Shown: piece after piece, positions 1 through 10,600 of the stretch | Position numbering within the stretch: position 1 is the first letter of the stretch | Layout of the letters: every line of letters starts with the position of its first letter | Assembly (NCBI GenBank): GCA_021463645.1 | Contig: JAJTYI010000004.1 | Location: 110,277 to 174,276, forward strand | Length of the DNA: 64,000 bases | Direction of reading: 5' to 3' | Source of the DNA: a bacterium | GTDB lineage: Bacteria > Patescibacteriota > Dojkabacteria > B142 > OLB20 | Made by a program: the position numbers and the translations under genes | The notes under the pieces: generated by a model | Database searches by the model: none | Seen by the model: only the letters and a program-made list of their open reading frames with translations | What the model was told of the DNA's origin: nothing

Positions 1-355
1 TTGTATACATTGGACAATCGATAAACCTTTCAAACTGTATAAATCTCCACGCAAAATGATTATGCACGATATCGGGTTGGATTTTATTAATCATCTCAAT
101 TGCCTTCGGAATCTGGTAAACCTTCATAAAATTTCTCCATTCATCTATCTCTGACTGGTTATACATAGCTCTTAGTGATTTCGGTACAAGTGGTATAAGG
201 TTCCCACTGACTTTCGAATCTCCTGAAGCCATTAAATGTACTTCATGCCCAAGTCCATTCATCTCTTCCACAAGATTGTATACAACCAATTCCACTCCTC
301 CGTATTTCCTTGGCGGTACTGGTTCCTCAAATGGCGCAATATGTACAATTCTCAT
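1..355 (-). CDS. Glycosyltransferase family 4 (N-terminal part; runs off window)
   Basis: Read manually on the minus strand: MRIVHIAPFEEPVPPRKYGGVELVVYNLVEEMNGLGHEVHLMASGDS, a typical GT4 N-terminus. Confidence 0.85.
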   Translation of the reverse strand, partial: MRIVHIAPFEEPVPPRKYGGVELVVYNLVEEMNGLGHEVHLMASGDSKVSGNLIPLVPKSLRAMYNQSEIDEWRNFMKVYQIPKAIEMINKIQPDIVHNHFAWRFIQFERFIDCPMYT

Positions 356-376
356 TAACTTATATTAATAAATAAA

Positions 377-2164
377 TTATTTATGATGTTGAACTGAAAT
401 ATAATCGTGAATGATTCTTCTGCAACCAACGGATGACCATAGCTGAATCAAGCTCATCTGTCCTTCATAATTAGTTTGGTCCGTATAAAGTCGTGCTCGA
501 TTATTTGTTTCGTCATAGTAGTAGAGTTCGGGTACAGCTCCTAATTCTTTCCAACCTCTGAAACATGCTTCGCTGGTTTTAATTACAGCATCTCGAATTG
601 TATGCAATACAGGTTCTTGCCAACTTTCTCTCAGCCCTCGGAAATACTGTTTGGTTAAACCCGCTACTGTGTACGCTGCCTGTTTAGGCCAAATGACTCT
701 TCCATGATAGTTCTCACTCGAAAAATCATCATCATCGGTTGCCACTAATGTAGGTCCTACAGGCGTGTAGAAATATTCTAGATCTACCACTTTGATGGCA
801 AAACTAATTACTTCTTCTAAACTCGGATTACCGTAGAACAGATCGTATGATTCGTCCAAATGTAAATTTGTTAATGGAATATTTTTCTTCCCATGCAATG
901 CCAGTGAATAACCCAAGATTTCTTCGGTGTGGTATAAGCGGAATTTGATTTTCTGGTTATCCCATTTGGTGATAAGTTTATCTAGCTCTTCTAAATCGTC
1001 AATCTCGAAATAATCACTATATTCACGAATTAGTCTTAAACTTTGAGGATAGAAGACACAATTAACATCATAAGGTGCTAATGGTTGCTTGTGTTTCGGA
1101 TAAGCGAGACTACTATCACGCCAATTTCCTAAAATCAAGTATTCGGACTCATCTTCTTGTGATTTTTTGAAGGTGATAAGTTGTTTGCTTCTTGCATTTT
1201 CCAATATAAATTTTGAGACCTGAAGCAACTTTTGATGATGTGTTTCGGAAGTTAAAAACTTTTTTGAAACTCTTTTGAGACCCAAAATATATCTAGGTTC
1301 GATATCAATCATCCTCCTATCAATGTCTTCGAAAGGTTTTTCAGTTTTGTACTTGAATTCCCCGACTGCATTTTCGTGCCAGCCTTCACCATCCTCTGAA
1401 ATAAATTGCATTGACTGGTCGTACATGTAATCGATTGTATCTGTTGTGAAGTCTTTCAAACCAAGGTCAGCAGATTCAATCCAGTCTCGTGGGAATATTG
1501 TTCCGTATTCAAAACTACTTGTTTTCTTTGATTTAATGAGATGTTTAATTTGAGCTTTTGAATTTTTGTGTAACTCAAGAATTTCGCTATCGAGGAGATT
1601 TCTAGGGATGGGTAATCTCTGACGATATACACTCTTTAGACTTTTGGTATTTATTCCTAAATTTGTAAGTGTACGAATAGTAATTTTTAATGGTTCTTCA
1701 CCAATGATTCGTAGTCGATTATTTTCTATATCAATCTTTACTGGTTTTTTTACGATTATCTCTGAGCCGTAATACTTCTTTCCATCTTCCTCGACGAAGT
1801 ATTCATTCACGAATTGAATCTTATTGTAAAGTTTTGTGGATTTGGAGGAAATTTCTCTTGGTATAACCTTCTCAATCTTTCTGTCCACAAGCTGTTCGTA
1901 GGATGGTTTTGGATTAGTTCCTTCTACAAAGGATCTTAGAGTTCGTATATCACATACCAACGGAACTGCAATATTAATTTCTTTCTTTTCTAATTGTAAT
2001 TCAATTTGTAATTGTCCTTTATTCAATTTATAGGATGAAATTTCAATGCCAGAAGTGGGATGGAAAGTGGCACCAAATAATAAGTGGTTTTCAGGACCAG
2101 TAATCCTTAATTGATTGTACGAATCAATATCAAAATAGAAGTTTCCTTTTATAAAATACTGCAT
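377..2164 (-). CDS. Putative six-hairpin glycoside hydrolase (amylo-alpha-1,6-glucosidase/invertase-like)
   Basis: 595 aa; FPRD, GNWRDS, YHGRVIWP, PELY and QLWS motifs typical of (alpha/alpha)6 glycosidases; co-oriented with GT4 genes. Confidence 0.6.
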   Translation of the reverse strand: MQYFIKGNFYFDIDSYNQLRITGPENHLLFGATFHPTSGIEISSYKLNKGQLQIELQLEKKEINIAVPLVCDIRTLRSFVEGTNPKPSYEQLVDRKIEKVIPREISSKSTKLYNKIQFVNEYFVEEDGKKYYGSEIIVKKPVKIDIENNRLRIIGEEPLKITIRTLTNLGINTKSLKSVYRQRLPIPRNLLDSEILELHKNSKAQIKHLIKSKKTSSFEYGTIFPRDWIESADLGLKDFTTDTIDYMYDQSMQFISEDGEGWHENAVGEFKYKTEKPFEDIDRRMIDIEPRYILGLKRVSKKFLTSETHHQKLLQVSKFILENARSKQLITFKKSQEDESEYLILGNWRDSSLAYPKHKQPLAPYDVNCVFYPQSLRLIREYSDYFEIDDLEELDKLITKWDNQKIKFRLYHTEEILGYSLALHGKKNIPLTNLHLDESYDLFYGNPSLEEVISFAIKVVDLEYFYTPVGPTLVATDDDDFSSENYHGRVIWPKQAAYTVAGLTKQYFRGLRESWQEPVLHTIRDAVIKTSEACFRGWKELGAVPELYYYDETNNRARLYTDQTNYEGQMSLIQLWSSVGCRRIIHDYISVQHHK

Positions 2165-2165
2165 A

Positions 2166-3479
2166 TTAAGTTAAATTCTTTTTTAAAAAATAATTACGGC
2201 TTACTTTACCTTTATGACTTTCGGTTATCTTCCTTTTTACAACCGCTCCTTTGTAAGCGTTTATATAATCATTTACCCTCACGTCCCAATCAAAATTGTT
2301 TAGAATAAAGTTGTAGGCATTATCAATAATCTTATTCCTGTAGTAATCGTCGAGTAACAAGGCAAAAATATAGTTAGCATATCGATCCAAATGATCAATA
2401 TTAACTAAACATCCAGTCTGATTGTGAACAATGAGGTTTTTGGGTCCCTCTCCGAAGTTCGATACTACGGGCACTTGCATGGCCATAGCCTCGAGAACAG
2501 TTATCCCAAAAGGTTCGTTTTCGGAGGTTATCAACAAAACGTCCGCACAACTATAAACCTCATTGACTTTGTCATGCGTGACAGAAGGTCTGAAAATCAC
2601 AAAATCAGAGACTTTCATGCGTTTGGCAAGGCTTTTCAATCTAGCTAAGTATTTTGTTTCTTCTTTTGTTCGATCTTCAGGCGTGGCTGAGCCTCCCCAA
2701 ATCACGAGGTAGACTGGTTTCTTATATTTCTTTTTTAGGATTTTTAATGCTTTTATTGCATGATGGTAACCCTTTGCTTCGGTGATTCTGCCGAGACATA
2801 ATAAGATTTTTGCATCTATGGGTAAATCGTATTTCTTGCGTACTATTTCAGTCGGAAGCCGTCTAAACATTTCGATTTGGATTCCTGGGGGAACAACATC
2901 AATCTTATCCGGATTAACCATGTACATCTTTGTTAATGTATTTTTTTCAGATTCTGTTGAGACGATTAGTTTGTGAGCCATCATTCCTACATAATTCTCC
3001 CATAATAACCTTGGAAGAAAATTATATTTCAATTCATTTATCAAACCTTGGAAGCTTTTCCTCTTCAAGTATCCGAGTGAATGAGGAGTCCAGATATAAG
3101 TGGCTTTAGGTATGAATTCTCTCATTTGTAACATCGATTTCGCACCGTCCCAGTAATGACCGTGAAAGATTATTTCTTCTTTGGAACCTTTAAGTGTCAT
3201 AGCAATTTTAGCTGTGAATTCAGCGATATGTGGTTCGATTTTCTCCTTTGGTATGAATTCATCAGGTCCGCATTTTATCCTTTCAACTATATAGTTTGGA
3301 TTGATTCTTTCTGAACTTGGATGATCGAGCTTTTGTCTGCAATATGTGGTAACTCTGATGCCAGGAATCTTTGAAAGTGCATTTGCTAATTGATGCTCAT
3401 AGATACACTGGCCGCCAGAATCAGGCTCGCCGGGTCTAGCTAGAGGATCAGAATGAGGTGATAAAAAAACAATATGCAT
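2166..3479 (-). CDS. GT4 glycosyltransferase, sucrose-phosphate synthase/MshA-like
   Basis: DSGGQCIY, HGHYW, TPHSLG, GRITEAKG and EPFGITVLEAMA motifs. Confidence 0.85.
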   Translation of the reverse strand: MHIVFLSPHSDPLARPGEPDSGGQCIYEHQLANALSKIPGIRVTTYCRQKLDHPSSERINPNYIVERIKCGPDEFIPKEKIEPHIAEFTAKIAMTLKGSKEEIIFHGHYWDGAKSMLQMREFIPKATYIWTPHSLGYLKRKSFQGLINELKYNFLPRLLWENYVGMMAHKLIVSTESEKNTLTKMYMVNPDKIDVVPPGIQIEMFRRLPTEIVRKKYDLPIDAKILLCLGRITEAKGYHHAIKALKILKKKYKKPVYLVIWGGSATPEDRTKEETKYLARLKSLAKRMKVSDFVIFRPSVTHDKVNEVYSCADVLLITSENEPFGITVLEAMAMQVPVVSNFGEGPKNLIVHNQTGCLVNIDHLDRYANYIFALLLDDYYRNKIIDNAYNFILNNFDWDVRVNDYINAYKGAVVKRKITESHKGKVSRNYFLKKNLT

Positions 3480-3704
3480 TGAAACACGAATGTGAATATG
3501 TTGATATTACTTTACATCACGTGTATTAGAGGAATGTTAAGGGTTTGTAAAAATTTATGTTTATGATTGAATTGTAAACACTTTTCTAAATAAATGAGGA
3601 TTAAGTTGTATTCACAGATTGAATATCTCTAGCTTTTGAGGGTTCTTTATGGTTTGGGTTAGATGTATTAATTTTAAAATAATTCATCTCTTTCGCAAAT
3701 TGAG

Positions 3705-4073
3705 TTAATTGTTTTCAATTATTATTTCTATGTCGTTAGAAATATAATACTTCTCGTGGTCACATACTGATGCGTAAGTGCTCAAATATCCGCTTTTCTT
3801 TGCATAAAATTTGATTTTATCGCCAATTTCATAAGTAGAGTTATATTCCGGGTTGGGACACTGTCCCCAGCCAATATCAGTTGTTATTGTCCAGGTTTTG
3901 CTTTGATCTTTAACATCAATGCTACATACGCTATCAGCATAACAACCATTATTGATGGAAACTATTTCTCCTTGTCTCTTTATCTCCCTATTAAAAAGTA
4001 AAAATAGTACGAGTGTAACTACTAATATGCTGAAAATTAAAAGTTTTATATATCGTGAATTTTTTCTTCGCAT
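3705..4073 (-). CDS. Hypothetical membrane-anchored/exported protein
   Basis: N-terminal hydrophobic helix, four Cys. Confidence 0.6.
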   Translation of the reverse strand: MRRKNSRYIKLLIFSILVVTLVLFLLFNREIKRQGEIVSINNGCYADSVCSIDVKDQSKTWTITTDIGWGQCPNPEYNSTYEIGDKIKFYAKKSGYLSTYASVCDHEKYYISNDIEIIIENN

Positions 4074-4151
4074 AATATGTTTGAATAATTATGATTAACT
4101 TTAGAAGACTTCGTTATATTTTTAAAGTTTCTACTTATTATTTAAAAAATC

Positions 4152-4661
4152 ATGCAAAAAATCACACCCTGTCTATGGTTCGATATGAACTGTGAAGAAG
4201 CAGTTAATTACTATATCGATACTTTTAATAAATCCCCAAACATGAAATCGCACTCAAAAATAATTAGTATTCAAAGATATGAAGAAGGAATGCAAACTCC
4301 TGGAATTGAGAGTATGGTGGGAAAAGTTTTGACTGCAATATTTGAACTGAACGGTCAGAGTTTTATGGCACTTGATGGAGGTCCTACATTCACACTAAGT
4401 GAGGCCGTATCCTTCCAGATAGAGTGTGAAGATCAAACTGAAGTAGATTACTTTTGGGATCGATTATCAGCTGTCCCAGAATCGGAGCAGTGTGGTTGGG
4501 CAAAAGATCGGTTTGGTTTATCTTGGCAGATTGTTCCTAAAAGACTAGGTGAACTACTAAGTGATCCAGATAAAGAAAAAGCAAATCGAGTGCTTAACGC
4601 GATGTTGGAAATGAAGAAGATTGACGTGGAGGAGTTGGAGAGAGCGGGAAAGGGAAATTAA
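4152..4661 (+). CDS. VOC family protein (PhnB/3-demethylubiquinone-9 3-methyltransferase-like)
   Basis: MQKITPCLWFD, ALDGGP, QCGWAKDRFGLSWQIVP. Confidence 0.9.
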   Translation: MQKITPCLWFDMNCEEAVNYYIDTFNKSPNMKSHSKIISIQRYEEGMQTPGIESMVGKVLTAIFELNGQSFMALDGGPTFTLSEAVSFQIECEDQTEVDYFWDRLSAVPESEQCGWAKDRFGLSWQIVPKRLGELLSDPDKEKANRVLNAMLEMKKIDVEELERAGKGN

Positions 4662-5257
4662 ATCAAATTGATAATCTCTATCGGATACAACTTTTCTAAA
4701 GATTTTGCTAATTTAAAATCGAACCAGCCTAAAATACTTTCGTCCTGAGTATCTTCTGGGTTTGACTCGTTCATAAAATCTGGAAATTCATCAAGTTTTA
4801 TTAAGTAATATTCTTCGTGCCCGAAACCTTTTTGGTTTCCTTTATACAATAATTCCCTTTTATAACCCAAAATATCAATTCCCGTTTCTTCAAAAATCTC
4901 ACGATTTAAACCATCTATGACTGATTCGTTGGTTTTTAGATGTCCGCCAGGATAAACATAATATTCATCGGACTTCTTGATTCTATGAATCAGTAGTACT
5001 TGATTCTTACACAAAATTACCGCGCCTAATCTGATGGTTGTATCAAAATTGTAGTTGTCTTTTTCAATGAGTTTTCCATTATCCTGAATTGTAAAATCTA
5101 AGACCTCGTATAGTTCATTGCCATGGTTTTTAAAATGTTTATTTCCATCTGTAAAAATTTTGTTTTCACTCATTCCAAGTAATCTTGGACCAACTTTCTT
5201 GGTATTGTTGATTGTGAATTCGTGATTTTCGTGAGTGAAGGTGAAAGGTGTGTTCAT
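4658..5257 (-). CDS. NUDIX hydrolase
   Basis: Nudix box PGGHLKTNESVIDGLNREIFEETG. Confidence 0.85.
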   Translation of the reverse strand: MNTPFTFTHENHEFTINNTKKVGPRLLGMSENKIFTDGNKHFKNHGNELYEVLDFTIQDNGKLIEKDNYNFDTTIRLGAVILCKNQVLLIHRIKKSDEYYVYPGGHLKTNESVIDGLNREIFEETGIDILGYKRELLYKGNQKGFGHEEYYLIKLDEFPDFMNESNPEDTQDESILGWFDFKLAKSLEKLYPIEIINLI

Positions 5258-5421
5258 AAGACTTCTATTATATATTCAAGTAGGGGTTACTAATTGTAAT
5301 AGCTTACCAGAGAATACAATCTTAGCATAAAAAATAATTTTTCACTATTTTTTACCTTTAAATATTGAGCTTTTTAAAATAAAAATGTATCTGATATAAT
5401 CCCTATATATGATTTGATTAT

Positions 5422-6000
5422 ATGTCAGCGATATTTTTTACCGGAGCTCCTGCTACTGGGAAAACTACCATTATTAGTCAACTTGTCCAACAAGGAGCAG
5501 TGTTATTGCCCCGGCATACCACTCGTTCTCCTAGACCTAATGATTTAGAAGGTGAATATGAATATTTAGATTCTCCGACCCTTTTAGGAAAATTTCTTAT
5601 TGGAGATTATCTAGAAAAAAAGATCAATACATTGTTTTTTGGCGGATGTCTTTATGCGACTCCGATTGATTGGGTTTCAGATACATTGATTAACAGTGAA
5701 GGACTAAGAGTAGCATCCTCTCCAAGTCTAGAGGTTGCCAGATGCCTCATGCAGTTATTACCTCGACATGCACGTTGGATTCATTTATTTTCTCCTGTCG
5801 ATGAGAGAGAACGAAGATTAATAACTCGAGGGATTTCATCAAGAGAACTAAATTATAGACTCACTGTGGGAGAGAACGGGATTCATGGTCAGCTTAAAGA
5901 GGCTACAGATAATATAGATACATCTAAATATTCTGTCCAAGGAGTCACTTACCTTATTTTGCAATTGGCGGGTAAGCAACTGGAAAAAGGAGGTTTATAA
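5422..6000 (+). CDS. Guanylate kinase-like nucleoside monophosphate kinase
   Basis: P-loop GAPATGKTT, HTTRSPRPND..EYEY, ERERRLITRG. Confidence 0.8.
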   Translation: MSAIFFTGAPATGKTTIISQLVQQGAVLLPRHTTRSPRPNDLEGEYEYLDSPTLLGKFLIGDYLEKKINTLFFGGCLYATPIDWVSDTLINSEGLRVASSPSLEVARCLMQLLPRHARWIHLFSPVDERERRLITRGISSRELNYRLTVGENGIHGQLKEATDNIDTSKYSVQGVTYLILQLAGKQLEKGGL

Positions 6001-6594
6001 TGTTATCGCTTTCCTCAGTACCTTCTTAAAATCTGCTTCAATATACTTTAATATTTCTTTATCGATTTCCTCTTGAGTGTGATTCCCAATTGGTTGTAAC
6101 TCAGATTCAAATGATAAAACATGCTTAAGTGGATTTTTCCCTTCTTCTCTTTTTATTCCTTCATCATTACCTAGATATATTAAGGGAAGTCTCGATTCAT
6201 AGTAATGATACTTTTCGGTTGAGGTGTTATATATGGCATAAGATCTAACTTCTTCAATAATTTCTCCTTTATCTAGAATTTTGCCTGAGAGAATATCGTC
6301 TACCAACTCCTTTGAGTTGGCAGTAAGTAGGTCTGATGAGGGTACATAAAACCCGTCATCAATTCCTACAATCAGTTTAATTTCATCATTAATGTCATTT
6401 ACTTTAAGTGTTTTAAGAGTAAACTCCACTTTTCCTTGGGCTCTTTCACGCAAACTTCCTATTTCTTCATTCTCCCCGATTATTTTATAATCCAATAAAT
6501 TCTTGTATGTGAATTTATTTAGACCAAGTTTAGTAAATATACCAACTGTGGTATTGAATTTATCTACATTTTTTGTGGCGACTAATATAATCAT
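5995..6594 (-). CDS. Ham1/ITPase-like non-canonical NTP pyrophosphatase (divergent)
   Basis: ILVATKNVDK, EEIGSLRERAQGK, VGIDDGFYV; the C-terminal SHR motif is not evident. Confidence 0.7.
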   Translation of the reverse strand: MIILVATKNVDKFNTTVGIFTKLGLNKFTYKNLLDYKIIGENEEIGSLRERAQGKVEFTLKTLKVNDINDEIKLIVGIDDGFYVPSSDLLTANSKELVDDILSGKILDKGEIIEEVRSYAIYNTSTEKYHYYESRLPLIYLGNDEGIKREEGKNPLKHVLSFESELQPIGNHTQEEIDKEILKYIEADFKKVLRKAITL

Positions 6595-6597
6595 AGC

Positions 6598-7602
6598 TTA
6601 ATCAATTCTTAAATTATAACCGTCGTCATTATAACACTCTCCAGGGACTCTAACAGATAAGTTTGTAGGTAAGATACTCATATTTGGATGCAATAATGGT
6701 CTAGTTATTGCATAAACAAGTCTTTTAGTCGACTCAGAATCCTTATAAGCACTGTGATAAGTTAATATCAAGTTTGAAAAACCCCTCTTTAAATATTTAA
6801 TATAAGGAGTATTTATCCAGTTGTTAGTTTCGTCAAGCGCTGTATCAATAATCGCTGTCAGACCAGGGTTTTCTTGTAGTACACCCACCAAATCGCCCTC
6901 ATTTACAACGCCTCCACCTGATACGCTTACAAAGAGAGAATCCTTTCCCATCCGTCCTAATTCTTCTTCTCCTATACGATGCTCTGTTTCGGGGAAATGG
7001 GGCAAAGATGCTACTACAACGTCTGAATCTTCAAAAATTCGAAACCAACTTTTTGGAAATATGTTCAATTCTGCTAGTCCTGGTTTCACCCCTCTTTCAT
7101 TAGAATATGAAATGTTAGCATTTGGAAACAGACCTCTAGAATTTCTAGCGAACCTACCGCCTATGCTACCGGTCCCAATCATGCCGATACTCAAATCGGA
7201 ATTATTCTCTCTTAATTTTATATCCTTTCTTGTCTCAATATTAGCAAAAGTATGAAGGTCTCTAGCAAGAAAACTACCAACAGCTTTCAATAAGTAGTTC
7301 ACCACTGCTCGATTCCAGGGGGTATCATTTTCAAAATAAGCAGTACGAATTCCCTCGTTTGATAGTACTTCCAAATCATGATGATTTTGAGGATGTCTAC
7401 CGGGATATAACAACAAACCCGCAATTCTAAGTAATAATGCATCAGGTAGAGCAACAGACGGAGTTTCTAAAACGCTCACACTTCTACCTTCAAATTTCTC
7501 CAGAGAGTCTGTATCTCCTGGTTGTAAATAGGCAACATTGTACCTATCTCTAATATCTTCAGGTATATGCTTAGGACCGAAATAACTTATGAGTTCATTC
7601 AT
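6598..7602 (-). CDS. D-isomer-specific 2-hydroxyacid dehydrogenase family, NAD-binding (divergent)
   Basis: GMIGTGSIG, SLPHFPETEHRIG, GGVVNE, IDTALDE, LTYHSA. Confidence 0.8.
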   Translation of the reverse strand: MNELISYFGPKHIPEDIRDRYNVAYLQPGDTDSLEKFEGRSVSVLETPSVALPDALLLRIAGLLLYPGRHPQNHHDLEVLSNEGIRTAYFENDTPWNRAVVNYLLKAVGSFLARDLHTFANIETRKDIKLRENNSDLSIGMIGTGSIGGRFARNSRGLFPNANISYSNERGVKPGLAELNIFPKSWFRIFEDSDVVVASLPHFPETEHRIGEEELGRMGKDSLFVSVSGGGVVNEGDLVGVLQENPGLTAIIDTALDETNNWINTPYIKYLKRGFSNLILTYHSAYKDSESTKRLVYAITRPLLHPNMSILPTNLSVRVPGECYNDDGYNLRID

Positions 7603-10600
7603 GGTAGTAGCCCAAATCAGTTAAGTGTTTCAATATATTCCTGGGTTGGTGGAATTTCCTGAACTCGCCGTTTAGTAAAACGTCGTCCATATCCATAATA
7701 ACTAGATCTCCAGGCACCAAGTTTGTCAGTCTTTCAGAATATCCATCTAAAGGGCCTTCAACGTGTATCATCTGTACATTCATTACGCCATGCTTATTGC
7801 AAATTTCATTAAACTTTCTGAGATTCTCCAAATCATTATCAATTACGTAAATTGTCCCGTGTTGGCTCCACTCCTCGATTCTTTTTTCGACAACGCCCAG
7901 CTTGTCAGGATGTGCTATAAATTCTATGCCTGTATGTTCGGCAAAGATTTGATTTGCCAGTCTTTCTAGACCAGATAATTCGTAACGAAGACGTTGTTCT
8001 TCGGTCATTGCGTAATTACCTATCCTTGGGTAGTCCTCAACTACAGAATCACCAGCAGTCCAAATTATTGATGAAACATCACCAGCATTAGTGATTTGAC
8101 TAAGTAGGTTTCCAACACCAGCATTCAGCCATGCTTGAGGCTTTTTCTCCTGAAAAGCATCACTTTCTTCAACTCTGCTTAACTTCTCGCGCACGATTCC
8201 TGGTATAGCAGGGTATGTAGAAGCGGCGATTCTAAATTGATTGATGAATGCAGTCTTATTCGATAATGCAATGTCGGTTAGTAAACCCTCCTGGGAAGCA
8301 TAGATCCAAAATCCTTCTGCTGCTGCATCAAGATTGAAATAACCAGTTTCGTTTTTAGCAAATTCCCAAGCTTGATTTAAAACCGTTTTGAATTGGGTGT
8401 CTTGAATTGTGATTTCCATATATTCAATTAATTCAACTTCATCAACAAATCGTGATATTTTCTCAGGATCTTTACGTCTTTTTACTATACTTCCATCCGA
8501 TTTAACTTTTATCATGGTTTCGTCAAATTCAACAGACGACTCTAAGTCCAATCCCTCAACTTGGATTCCGTTATTCCTCAGTATTTCTAACGTTTGATTT
8601 ATATTTGAACTAGAAAGCCCTCCAGCCAAATATTTTCTCTTTGAGATTCCTCCTAGAACTCTTACTAGTTGTTCGATATCCCCTTGCTCCCCAGTTCCAC
8701 CTTTTTTCTTTGAATCAACTAGAACCGCATCCACATTTGTATCAGAATTCAATTCAAAAATTTTTCGATCTAAATCATCTTCATCCAGGGCAACCATCTG
8801 TACGATTGAAATTTCATTTTCAAATCCAGCTTTTAATTCTTCCCTGATGGAATTGACCAATTCGGCATCATAATCACCTTGTAACTGGAGGGTTACTTTT
8901 TGCTGACTTCCACTTGGAATAACTCTTCTTAATATTCTTATAGCTTCGTCTGAACTTTTAGGTCTCATCAGTAGGAATAGGTTAGTTTCTATTCCACTTT
9001 CGTCAAGATAATCTATCATGTCTCTTATAGGATTTAATTCGAGCCATGGTAAGGGTAAATCCCGGTCACTGTAAAAATCGTGTACTTTATTCATCTTTAT
9101 AGCTACTCTCGGATCATCGATTCCTAGTGCTTTTCTCTTGTACTCTTCTGGGGTGTAAGTTAAATGTATTCCGAAATTTCTAACCCCAGAGAGCAAACAT
9201 GCTTGGGCATCATAGATGTTGTGAACTCCACATACTTTTATTTCTGCTTCCGTTCTACTTTCCTGAGTTTTCGAATCCACCTCATCTCGCTCTATTGGAG
9301 AATCTTCCGCATTTGCGGTTCTATTATAATTTCTGCGTAGGACACCCTGTCTTTCAATTTTAAGCATTTGACGATCTGGAGATAGTAGACCCGCACCTCT
9401 CGTTATAGGTACGAATCCAACTGAACATTCATTCACCATCGGATTAGGCACAAGTTGAACGTTACCTGGGCTTGACTTTAATTGAATTCTTATCGGATCT
9501 GCCTCTACTACTCTACAAATAACATTTTCTGCACCTGAATTACTAATTATATTTTCTGCAAGTGCCAAAGTACGTCCAGTATTGCTGTTGTCATCGACAA
9601 ATAATACTTTCTTTCCTTTGAATTCAATCCCATTTGATTTTATGTAATCTTCAATGTCGTCTTTGGTAGTTTCCTCGTCATCCCTTTTAACTGATGCAGA
9701 GTGAGTAGAAATTGGAAGTAACTCCAATTGTCTTTCTCTATTGGGATTTTTAATTTTATATAGGAGATCTGTAACTATTGCGGTTTCGCTTCCTCCCGAT
9801 GGAGCACCAACAACCACATCAATTTCAGGATGCTTGTCTGTAACCAAGTCTGCAAATGCTAGTACTTTCAGAGAGTTTTCAATTTCTGGCATCTTGAAAA
9901 CCACATCATCCCGTCCCAATAAATCGTTTGTAATATCATCAACAATAGAAAGTATTTCTGCTGAATTAATTTCAACTCCTGACTTATGGCCAAGCAAAGT
10001 TAAATAGTACTCCTGGGTAATATTAACCATAGAGTTAAAAATCCTCTCTCTCCTTTCTATGTACTCTGCATTTTCAGTTAATTCATACCTATCTTTATAT
10101 GTGTATGAATGATATAGAGTGCTTATATGGTTACGTAAATGGTCAATCATTCCGAGATATTGTAGATAATTTACATCGTCATATCCCTCAGAAAGTTGCG
10201 CTATTGCATCATTAACATCTTCTTTTATGACTTCTAACTTCCACTGTGTGGGAACACTTGAGTCTACAGAAATATAATATCTCGCTCCTTTATGGGTGGG
10301 TTTTTGACCAGGAAAAGCGTCTAACCTTCCATCTTTCTGATAGTATGGTAACAATCCAGTATCAGATTCATCAGAGTCTAAGTTCTTACCTAATTTATAA
10401 CTCCCTCGTAATCCTACTTGATTATTAGATAAATCAAAATCTCGAAGAGAAGATTTATTCCCCCAAATCGAACCTAGACCTAATTTTTCCCTTTGGTTAC
10501 TGCTATTATTTTCAACAACATTGACTACTCCAGTTACATAGGAGTGTAGGTCGGCATATTTTAAGTCTAATTGCACTGAATTACTTGGTGCAAAAAAGGG

